IMG/VR virus record: IMGVR_UViG_3300017758_000001
DNA length: 64,000 bases
Source: an uncultured virus (IMG/VR IMGVR_UViG_3300017758_000001)
Taxonomy: Duplodnaviria; Heunggongvirae; Uroviricota; Caudoviricetes
Strand: one strand, 5' to 3'
The notes under the pieces are model-generated. The model did not search any database. It was given only the letters and a program-made list of their open reading frames with translations, and was not told the origin of the DNA. Positions 28,600 through 36,548 of the stretch are shown in pieces; positions within the stretch are counted from its first letter, which is position 1, and each line of letters begins with the position of its first letter. Position numbers and translations under genes: made by a program.

Positions 28600-30942
28600 T
28601 TAAATCTTTACTGATACCGACTTAATTGTCGATATGTTTTCTTCTTTCTCTATCATCAAAAGATTGTCTGACCAGTTCCTAACAAGGGGATTGTGTGATA
28701 TCACAAAAATATGTTCAAAGTATTTCTTTATCTTTTTAAAGAACTCTCCAACCATCTCAAGATTTTCGTCCGCAATTTTACCGAAAACTTCGTCCATAAC
28801 CACAATATTTGGTTTAGGTAAAGACGAAACTTTTGTTAAAACACTTCTTAATGCTAATGACGCAATTGTCTTTTCATAACCAGAACCTGATGCTAATGGT
28901 TTGATAACTCTCGTGTCACTATCAATCATCATAAACTCCAACTCATTCCTTTTATTCATACTAACTTCCAACTTGAAATAACAACTATCGTCAAGTAGAT
29001 GACTAAGTTCCATATTTAGTAAAGGAATCATTCTCTTAAGGATTGTTTTAGATATACCGTTTTTTCCAAAGACTGACATGTATATCTCATAGGTTTTAAT
29101 AATTACCTCTTCCTGTTTGATTTTCTCAATCAGACCTCTATTCGTTTTGATTTTATCCTTTAGGTTCTTAATTTCATTTTTAAACCTTTCGATATGAATA
29201 TTAGTTTGTTTGATTTCTGAATTTGCGGTTTCAATCTTAGTTTTAAGAATGATTAATTCTTTATTTATTTCTATGTTTCTTTCATGTTTCTTTTTGTTTG
29301 TTTCAAAATACTCTAACTTTTGTTTTAGTTTTTCTAGTTCAAGTTTCTTTTGATCAATCTCTAATTCATATCTCGCATTAACCAATTTATTCCTTTCATA
29401 GAGTTCATACTCTTTTTTATGTTCAGAAAACTTCTTTTCTTCTTCTATTGATTGGTTGAGTTCTTTATTGGTCTTCTCAATATTCTTCTCTTCTGTTTTG
29501 ATTTCACCCTCCAAAGAAGTAATCTCTTTAGTATGATCAACACCTTCCAATGGTCTTTTACATGTGGGGCAAACACTACCCTCCGTCAATTGTTTTATTT
29601 TATTGGTGTGTCGACTTATTGATAATCCATCCTCCTTTATTTTAAAGTTTAGCTCTCTTACAAGATCTTTAAGTGATTCGTGTTTATCTTCTAAGTAATA
29701 TTCTTTAGGTTCCTTAACTTTAGTCTCCTTTAATGTTTTGGTGATTACTTTGATTTTATCATTTAAATCAATGATCTCACTTTTTATTGTGGTTGGGTTA
29801 GTCTTAACTAAATCCTCATCAACATCACTATGTTTTTCACTAAGGATGTCTTCCTTTCTGTCCACGAATTTCTTTAGTTGTGCCGTAGTATCAACTAATA
29901 ATTCATTTTTATTTTTTATTCCATCATCTTTTTCAATAATCGTTTCGTGGTAAGTTTCGATATCACTTTCTAAAGTAAATCTATTGTTTGTATTAGATAT
30001 TAACTTTTTAGAATATTCACTTTTTAATGAACTACAAATTCTTTCTTTTTCCCTCAAAGTATCTAAACCTAAAAACTTAGATAATACTTGTCCCCTCGCA
30101 GTTGGTTTTGATTCAATAAGACTTTCTAAGTTTGATCCTGTGGTAAGAATAGTGGATAAGAAATCTTCTTGTGTCCCTATTGCCGTAGTAATAAATTTTT
30201 CAGTTTCTCTTCTTTGTTCACCTGAAAGATTTTGTGTTGTACCATCAGGTAAGACCTTACTAAATTCTAATTCACCACTTACATTCCACTCGTTAGATCT
30301 ATTTAATTTTCTCTTTATCGTTCTCTCTATAATATAGTCATCACCATCAATTGTAATTACCCCTTTTGCACTAACATGACCACAATCCTTCAAGAATCTG
30401 TTGAACATTTCTGAATTTTTGGTGGACTTAGTTGTTGTATTAAAAAATAAAAATAGTAATAAATCAACGGTCGCTGTTGTTTTACCACCAAAATTCCTTG
30501 GTGTGGATTCTACAACGGTGATTCCATCTAATGTTGTGAAATCCACTTTATTATTTTCACCAAAAGAAAGAAAATTATCAAACTCAATCGTTTTTATATA
30601 CCACCTATTATACCTAACGCGACCATCTTCTTTTTGAAATAACTCCTCGTTTACTTTATTATCTAACCTATCAACATAGTCCTTATTTACCTTTATATCA
30701 TTTTCAGTTAGAAAATCGTTCATCAATTTTTTTTGATATTCAGGTTCTAATATACTATCAGATACCTCTAACGATTTTAGTGTGATATTACTACTTTCGT
30801 CAATTATTTTAGTAATAACTTTGACGAATCTTGTATTATATTTTTGTTTAAAATACTCCTTTACCGATTTAATTCTTTCAGGTGTAAACGATTCAGAAGT
30901 ATCTGCCCATGTAACCTTGATGTGTGGGTTTACATAACTCAT
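28600..30942 (-). CDS. sbcC: SbcC/Rad50 (T4 gp46-like) ATPase with a ~110-aa N-terminal extension
   Basis: IEFDNFLSFG; Walker A NFGGKTT; zinc hook CPTC; signature SGSGYEK; Walker B VVMDEVF; VISH. Confidence 0.9.
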   Translation of the reverse strand: MSYVNPHIKVTWADTSESFTPERIKSVKEYFKQKYNTRFVKVITKIIDESSNITLKSLEVSDSILEPEYQKKLMNDFLTENDIKVNKDYVDRLDNKVNEELFQKEDGRVRYNRWYIKTIEFDNFLSFGENNKVDFTTLDGITVVESTPRNFGGKTTATVDLLLFLFFNTTTKSTKNSEMFNRFLKDCGHVSAKGVITIDGDDYIIERTIKRKLNRSNEWNVSGELEFSKVLPDGTTQNLSGEQRRETEKFITTAIGTQEDFLSTILTTGSNLESLIESKPTARGQVLSKFLGLDTLREKERICSSLKSEYSKKLISNTNNRFTLESDIETYHETIIEKDDGIKNKNELLVDTTAQLKKFVDRKEDILSEKHSDVDEDLVKTNPTTIKSEIIDLNDKIKVITKTLKETKVKEPKEYYLEDKHESLKDLVRELNFKIKEDGLSISRHTNKIKQLTEGSVCPTCKRPLEGVDHTKEITSLEGEIKTEEKNIEKTNKELNQSIEEEKKFSEHKKEYELYERNKLVNARYELEIDQKKLELEKLKQKLEYFETNKKKHERNIEINKELIILKTKIETANSEIKQTNIHIERFKNEIKNLKDKIKTNRGLIEKIKQEEVIIKTYEIYMSVFGKNGISKTILKRMIPLLNMELSHLLDDSCYFKLEVSMNKRNELEFMMIDSDTRVIKPLASGSGYEKTIASLALRSVLTKVSSLPKPNIVVMDEVFGKIADENLEMVGEFFKKIKKYFEHIFVISHNPLVRNWSDNLLMIEKEENISTIKSVSVKI

Positions 30943-31490
30943 TTTACTCTTTGTTTTATAAACCTTCCATTTCTTAGATTATAAGTCTCAACATGTTCTT
31001 TCTTGAACGATAACCAAGTTTCAACTTCATTACTATTGTTAGGTTTAAAATTAGTTCTAATCAATTTTTTATTGTCTCTTACAGTTTGAGGTCTTATAAC
31101 CAAAAATTGTGTGAAATCTATATTTGATCTCACGAAAATATTTTTCTCACTACTTGGGTTAGTTCGTTTTTTTCTATGTGAAACAAACTCATCTAACCAA
31201 TATTTTTCCTTTCGTGAAGGTATGTTTGCGGTTCTATACTTTTGTTCAGATATAAGTGAGTAGTTGTCGTTTTTCCAAAAATCACCCGCCCATTTACCAT
31301 GTTCTACCTCAACCCCAAGTAAGGTATCTTTTATACCAACTAAATCAATTTTATTGTGTAGGTCGTTATGTTTAAGACGTATCTTAAATTTTTTATTGAA
31401 AAAATCAATTACTGCATTTCTTATCAGCGTATCGTTAAACTTACCTGGTATAAACATTTGAGTTTCATCATTTAATCCTACTCTCCTCAA
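30939..31490 (-). CDS. Hypothetical protein, possible PD-(D/E)XK-like nuclease
   Basis: IDL..GVEVEH spacing; basic composition. Confidence 0.55.
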   Translation of the reverse strand: MRRVGLNDETQMFIPGKFNDTLIRNAVIDFFNKKFKIRLKHNDLHNKIDLVGIKDTLLGVEVEHGKWAGDFWKNDNYSLISEQKYRTANIPSRKEKYWLDEFVSHRKKRTNPSSEKNIFVRSNIDFTQFLVIRPQTVRDNKKLIRTNFKPNNSNEVETWLSFKKEHVETYNLRNGRFIKQRVK

Positions 31491-31779
31491 AGAATTCTAT
31501 GATTGAATTTATTATCCACACCATACCTGCTGTGAACATACCGTCATAAAATATCCCAAAGTACCCAACGTCATAGTATGTGTTGGTTAGTCCTCCAAGA
31601 CTTATTGAAAAGAAAAATCCCACCCACGTTGATGTACATAGTGGACAATTGATGAGTTCACCGAAAAATTTCGAGTATTTTAAGATAAAGTTTCTGAAAC
31701 CTTCAAATATTGAACCGTACACAAGGATTGTTGTCATCCCATATGCACTTACTCCCCAAAGAATTAGTGTATCCATCAT
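31468..31779 (-). CDS. Small membrane protein, DUF1360-like (probable start 31779)
   Basis: GELINCPLCTSTWVG between hydrophobic helices; the track's GTG start lies inside a promoter. Confidence 0.65.
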   Translation of the reverse strand: MMDTLILWGVSAYGMTTILVYGSIFEGFRNFILKYSKFFGELINCPLCTSTWVGFFFSISLGGLTNTYYDVGYFGIFYDGMFTAGMVWIINSIIEFFEESRIK

Positions 31780-31785
31780 ATAAAA

Positions 31786-31814
31786 ATAATACACAATTAT
31801 ATTTAGAAAGTCAA
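31786..31814 (-). promoter_or_regulatory. sigma70-type promoter
   Basis: GGGGG-TTGACT-17 nt (ending GTG)-TATTAT; same architecture as the 17570-17598 promoter. Confidence 0.7.
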
Positions 31815-31820
31815 CCCCCT

Positions 31821-32321
31821 TTATTCTCCATAAAGAGAATTTAAATTGGAATTTTTCATGTATTTAGCACGACTAAACTTAGTAAGAGAGTTTGTAATTT
31901 TATCGAGATCTTCCTGAAGTTTTTTGTTCTGTTCTTTTAGTTCTTTGATCTCTTTGTCGTCTGTAATGTAGATAGGTTTTTCAACCTCAACCTTTTTAAT
32001 TACTTCTTTTGTGATTGTCTTAGTGTCCCCTTTAACTGGTACCTCTTTTATAACTTCAACTGGTACCTCCACTTTAACTTCTTTTATAACTTCAACAGGG
32101 ACCTCAACCTCTTTTATGATTTCAACCTCCTTTATAATTTCTTTTTCGATTTCTTTGATTGTTTCTTTACCTCTTACTATTGAAGGTGTCTCACCAAACT
32201 TAACAATAGTGAAACCCCTTTCAAAGGTGTCTCTTGCCAACTCGTCGATTTTATCAATCTCGTTTAACTTACAAAAGTCTAAAAACTCTTTATTTAAGAT
32301 TAAGGAGTGTTTCGGTTTCAT
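31821..32321 (-). CDS. Hypothetical protein with VEVIKEV repeats and a coiled coil
   Basis: KEIIKEVEIIKEVEVPVEVIKEVKVEVPVEVIKEV. Confidence 0.75.
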   Translation of the reverse strand: MKPKHSLILNKEFLDFCKLNEIDKIDELARDTFERGFTIVKFGETPSIVRGKETIKEIEKEIIKEVEIIKEVEVPVEVIKEVKVEVPVEVIKEVPVKGDTKTITKEVIKKVEVEKPIYITDDKEIKELKEQNKKLQEDLDKITNSLTKFSRAKYMKNSNLNSLYGE

Positions 32322-33093
32322 TCTCGATGTCTTTTATATCATTTATGGAGAAATGTAAAAATGGTTGTTCATTATCTAAATCGAAAAATTCATACTTACT
32401 ACTCTCTACATCATAAATACCGTACCCGTGGTAATTTACTGTTTCCCCAAAGTTCTGTTGTATCATAGAACCAACCATTATAGCTTGTCCTCCGTCAGGT
32501 AATTCAAATACCTGTCTCTTATGAATATCCCCACATAAAAGTAGATCTAAACCTCTAAAATTTAAGGGTGAATACGCATCATCAAATTCATACCCTGTAT
32601 CTGTTGCTAATCCTTGGATTGGACTATGAAATAATCCAACATAGAATTTACCGTCTTTTTCAAAATCAGGTCTTTGGTTGTGTTGGTAAAGTGAGTAAAC
32701 AACCCAATTGATATTATCATCTTCATAAACACCACTATCTTTATAGTAAATTATGTCATCGTTTTGTAACATGTCTACCATAGGTGTAATACTGTCAACC
32801 CTTTCATGATTGTTTTCTAAAAAATCATGGTTGCCAGGTATAATTACAACTTTACCCAACTCCTTAGTGATTTGATTTAAGAATTTGGAAGTGATAACTA
32901 ATTGTTCATTTGAAATATTAATCTTTTCATGTACAAGGTCTCCCGCAATAATAACTCTAACCTCATCGTATTGATATCCTTTTACCTCCTCCTTTGCACT
33001 TTCAATAAACTTCATAAACTGTTTTTCATAGTTCTCATGATGTTGATTTCTTCTGATGTGGATATCCGCAGTATGTATTATTTTCTTAATCAT
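32290..33093 (-). CDS. sbcD: SbcD/Mre11 (T4 gp47-like) metallophosphoesterase, short form
   Basis: ADIH, AGDL, PGNHD, FH, GDIHKRQ, GSMIQQNFGE. Confidence 0.9.
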   Translation of the reverse strand: MIKKIIHTADIHIRRNQHHENYEKQFMKFIESAKEEVKGYQYDEVRVIIAGDLVHEKINISNEQLVITSKFLNQITKELGKVVIIPGNHDFLENNHERVDSITPMVDMLQNDDIIYYKDSGVYEDDNINWVVYSLYQHNQRPDFEKDGKFYVGLFHSPIQGLATDTGYEFDDAYSPLNFRGLDLLLCGDIHKRQVFELPDGGQAIMVGSMIQQNFGETVNYHGYGIYDVESSKYEFFDLDNEQPFLHFSINDIKDIENETETLLNLK

Positions 33094-33508
33094 TCTTCTC
33101 CTTTATTTCTTCGTAAATTAATGTTTTAAGTTTTGTTGTACTCCATCCATGTCCCCTATTTAAAAAGTGAATCGGGATGTCAAGATTATTACCTGTAAAT
33201 TCCTTTCCTCTATAATCATCACCTAAAAATCTAACATCAGGATTAATCTGTTCTAATAATTTTACTAAGTCTTTTTCATACGTATATATATGCACATTAC
33301 TAATATATCTAATAGACATTAGTGTTTTAAATCTTTCCTCAACAGTTAAGATCGGTTTTAATTTTTGTGGTCTTTCTATTGATGGGTCAGTGTGTAGTAA
33401 AATACTAAACTGTTCACAGACTTGACTACACTCACGGAACATTTCGATATATCCAGGATGTAGTATATCGAAATTACCTGCAATTACACCTATTTTTGGT
33501 TTACTCAT
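33086..33508 (-). CDS. TagD-like cytidylyltransferase
   Basis: GNFDILHPGY, GDDY, RGHGWSTT. Confidence 0.85.
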   Translation of the reverse strand: MSKPKIGVIAGNFDILHPGYIEMFRECSQVCEQFSILLHTDPSIERPQKLKPILTVEERFKTLMSIRYISNVHIYTYEKDLVKLLEQINPDVRFLGDDYRGKEFTGNNLDIPIHFLNRGHGWSTTKLKTLIYEEIKEKND

Positions 33509-33950
33509 CTTTTAATACGTTTGGATTTTGTTCGATCGTTTGTTTGGTGATCAAATCTTTTATTCTTGTTGTTGACCAATCATGAGATCTTGTTGTGTAT
33601 ATAACTTCGATCGGTAATTCTTTACCCGTGAAATCTTTACCTATATAGTCTTCACCTAAAATTCTAACTTGTGGTTTAAAGAACTTGATCAGTTCTAACA
33701 ATTCTTCTTCTGTTTGGTAAATGAATACTTCATCGATATATTTTATTGACATTAAGGTCTTGTACCTTTCGTATACAGGTATTACTGGTTTGTATTTACT
33801 TTTTCTGTGAAGTGATGGGTCTCTTTGTAAGAAGACTATGAACCAATCACAATGTTCCTTAGCAGTTTCAAAAGTATATATGTAACCAGGATGTATCAAG
33901 TCAAAATTACCCGCGGTAAATCCTATCTTTTTACCTTCATATCTAATCAT
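33501..33950 (-). CDS. TagD-like cytidylyltransferase (tandem paralogue)
   Basis: GNFDLIHPGY, GEDY, RSHDWSTT. Confidence 0.85.
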   Translation of the reverse strand: MIRYEGKKIGFTAGNFDLIHPGYIYTFETAKEHCDWFIVFLQRDPSLHRKSKYKPVIPVYERYKTLMSIKYIDEVFIYQTEEELLELIKFFKPQVRILGEDYIGKDFTGKELPIEVIYTTRSHDWSTTRIKDLITKQTIEQNPNVLKDE

Positions 33951-34804
33951 TATTTTAAAATTTTTTCCATATCCATAAGAAGTATTTTTTGTGTTACTTC
34001 AACAGGAACTTTATATTCTTCAAACGATCCGTCTTCTTTAACTAAGACGACTATATTTCCTAACAATTTTTTATCCTCATATTCACTACCCTCTAACATC
34101 TTCATAAGAAGTTTACCATAAAAGGGTAATTGTAAATAATAATGACCTAATGCGGTACTGTCTATATTATCAAAAGGAGGATACATTTTTTTGGTATATC
34201 TCTGTTTTTTAAAGTTTTCAGGTTTATTGGTTTTCCAATCGGTTATTAATATTCCATAATCTGTACCTTGTTTGTTCTCTACCAACCAAACCTTATCGGG
34301 TTGTCCAACATAACCTAAGTCAGGATCACCTAATATTATCTCCGTATCCAATAATACTGCGTTTCTCTCATGCATCAACTTCAAAAAGTCCTTACCTGCA
34401 CCAATCATATTGTTACTCCTAACAATTTGTTCGTCGTCACATTTATATATGGGTTCCCTAACACTTTTATAACCCCCATACTCTTCAATTAATACTTTTT
34501 CAAGGATATAATGGACTCTACTACCTTGATTAGTAGCATAAGTACCTTTGTCTTTCCATTCTTGGAGTAATTCTTTCTGTCTTTGTTTATTACCCTTAGA
34601 CATTCTCATAGATATACCCTGTGCATCGAATTCTTCGTAGAATTTCTTGATTATTTTGGATACTGAAGGGTAATTTGATCTTATAATCCCTTCCTTACCT
34701 CTCATAAAGTATAAATGGTCCTCTTCAATAAATGATAGGTCTAATTCTGACCTTCTTTTATCTAAAACCTTACGTATTTTGTCTGCCTCTTCTTTTAAAT
34801 TCAT
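33950..34804 (-). CDS. PD-(D/E)XK exonuclease
   Basis: PSVS, GSRVH, TE, GQPD, DWKT, LQLPFY. Confidence 0.85.
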   Translation of the reverse strand: MNLKEEADKIRKVLDKRRSELDLSFIEEDHLYFMRGKEGIIRSNYPSVSKIIKKFYEEFDAQGISMRMSKGNKQRQKELLQEWKDKGTYATNQGSRVHYILEKVLIEEYGGYKSVREPIYKCDDEQIVRSNNMIGAGKDFLKLMHERNAVLLDTEIILGDPDLGYVGQPDKVWLVENKQGTDYGILITDWKTNKPENFKKQRYTKKMYPPFDNIDSTALGHYYLQLPFYGKLLMKMLEGSEYEDKKLLGNIVVLVKEDGSFEEYKVPVEVTQKILLMDMEKILK

Positions 34805-35742
34805 TAATCCAATTTGATTTCTTCATATTGGGAGAGGTCGCCCTTCATATCCGCAATATCTTTATTATTTGGTAACCTTAAGGTCCATATTTTACCCATA
34901 AGTTTACCACCATTCATTCTATGGTATAGTTTTTCTGTATCGTCCCAAGCGTCACCGTCCAATACAATTACAATCTTCTTAGCATTGTCATATAATTTCT
35001 CGAAAAGGTTATTATTCAAAAATTTACCTAACAATGGAATTGAATTTTCAAGGAATATACTATCAAATACACCTTCCACTAAATAAACGGTTTCGTCCCA
35101 ATTAATAAGGTGTTCATTCCATATCAACTTTTCTTTGTCCGCTTGTGGATTTCTATATTTTAACTTAGAGTAACTCAAATACGATCTCGCAACAAAATAA
35201 TTCAATTCACTGTTTTGATCGTATGATGGTACCACTATCCTGTTCTCATATAAACCATCACTACAATAACCTATTCTAAACTTTTCCAACATAATGTCAG
35301 ATATGTTCCTCGATTTTACATATTTGTGTGCTTGCCTATAATAGTGTGTCATCTTTTGACCATCAGTGACTTTAGAAAACTCTGTAAAACTATGTGGTAG
35401 TCTTACTTTCTTGTATTGTGGTTTATGTTGTATAAACTCTTCAGGTAAAAACAAGAAAAACTGTTTTACTTGTCTCGGTGTACCGTATTTTCTAACCAAC
35501 TGATTTAAATGACCATGTGTATCATGTGTCTCCCCACAAGACCAACATTTATAAACAAACATTTTATAGTTAATTTCTAAATTACCCTTACCATCACCAG
35601 TGTCTAACCCTTTTATTTCATGAGAACAAACGGGACAATCAAATGATATTTGACCTCTATAATCGTTATGATTTTTACAATCGCCGAATACGTCTTCTAA
35701 AACGTCTATTATTGGTGAGAAGTCTGTTTCTTGGGTGGTCAT
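34804..35742 (-). CDS. DnaG-type DNA primase (probable start ATG 35742)
   Basis: Zn ribbon CPVC..CWSC; RIVVP..ARS; KYRNP; TOPRIM EGVFD and DGD. The track's longer start lies within a terminator hairpin. Confidence 0.9.
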   Translation of the reverse strand: MTTQETDFSPIIDVLEDVFGDCKNHNDYRGQISFDCPVCSHEIKGLDTGDGKGNLEINYKMFVYKCWSCGETHDTHGHLNQLVRKYGTPRQVKQFFLFLPEEFIQHKPQYKKVRLPHSFTEFSKVTDGQKMTHYYRQAHKYVKSRNISDIMLEKFRIGYCSDGLYENRIVVPSYDQNSELNYFVARSYLSYSKLKYRNPQADKEKLIWNEHLINWDETVYLVEGVFDSIFLENSIPLLGKFLNNNLFEKLYDNAKKIVIVLDGDAWDDTEKLYHRMNGGKLMGKIWTLRLPNNKDIADMKGDLSQYEEIKLD

Positions 35743-35768
35743 AGTAAAGTATACGAAAAATAAATGAG

Positions 35769-35850
35769 AAAAAAAAGTCCCTGAGAACACCACTCCTCAG
35801 GGACTACCAACCAACGTGTAAAATAAAAATCTTACACGCCCCGTCTTTTA
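35769..35850 (-). ncRNA. Candidate ~80-nt small RNA or attenuator leader upstream of primase
   Basis: Promoter TTTACT-17-TATATT (35883-35855); hairpin GGCGTGTAAGA/TTTTACACGTT; terminator AGTCCCTGAG..CTCAGGGACT + T tract. Confidence 0.5.
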
Positions 35851-35892
35851 TTTAAATATATGAACAATATCTTAAATAGTAAAGGTCGTCAA

Positions 35893-36498
35893 TTAAGTTT
35901 TTTCAACTTTTAACTTATTTACATATCCAATAACCGCTGTAGCAGCATCACTCATATCGTAATTTTCTTTCTTTAAATTACCTGTTCTTGCTTGTAACCA
36001 TTCGACTTCAGGAAATAGGTCATTTACATGTTCCCAAACAACGTGTTTCTTGTCTATTGTTTTAGGGTACCCACCAAATAAAACATTTCTTCCTTTGGCG
36101 TTTGGTCCAACTAAGTCAGGGAAAGCAAACTTTCTTGCATTATATGTTGAAATGAACGTAGGTACTAAATCAAGTACATCATAACATGATTTTAACACCA
36201 TACTATTGTACCTTAGTAATGTTCCCACAGTATAAACATTATTAGAATTTAATAATGGTTCTTCAATTATTATCTTGGTTATACCAATATTTTTATAGTT
36301 TTCTAAATGTTTCCTAAACGCTTCTGACTTTTTGAGTAACTCCTCAATCTTGTCCTCTGGTTTTGGTTTGATTTTAGGTGAAAAATGTGTCAACTCTAAA
36401 AGGTGTGATGCGGTTATATCGAATAACGCCCAACCAATTGTTTTAGTTGATATATCTAAACCTAATATTTTGGGTTTGTTTTTAAATTTTTTGTCCAT
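35893..36498 (-). CDS. RuvC-like Holliday junction resolvase
   Basis: ILGLDIST..GWA, IIIEE, DMSDA acidic catalytic set. Confidence 0.85.
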   Translation of the reverse strand: MDKKFKNKPKILGLDISTKTIGWALFDITASHLLELTHFSPKIKPKPEDKIEELLKKSEAFRKHLENYKNIGITKIIIEEPLLNSNNVYTVGTLLRYNSMVLKSCYDVLDLVPTFISTYNARKFAFPDLVGPNAKGRNVLFGGYPKTIDKKHVVWEHVNDLFPEVEWLQARTGNLKKENYDMSDAATAVIGYVNKLKVEKT

Positions 36499-36516
36499 AA
36501 TATGACTTATGGTTAA

Positions 36517-36545
36517 TATATATGGAAAAAATTAGTAATTGTAAA
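36517..36545 (-). promoter_or_regulatory. sigma70-type promoter upstream of the RuvC-like gene
   Basis: TTTACA-17 nt-TATATA. Confidence 0.55.
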
Positions 36546-36548
36546 CTG

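Noticed and set aside
35743..35793. N-terminal extensions in the track for primase (also clpP, 20863 and 31794 starts)
   Set aside because: They run through terminator or promoter sequences; downstream ATGs fit better
14166..36498. Bacterial chromosome or anti-phage defence island (MTase plus nucleases)
   Set aside because: The gene set and packing are those of a large lytic phage; the MTase has no adjacent cognate endonuclease
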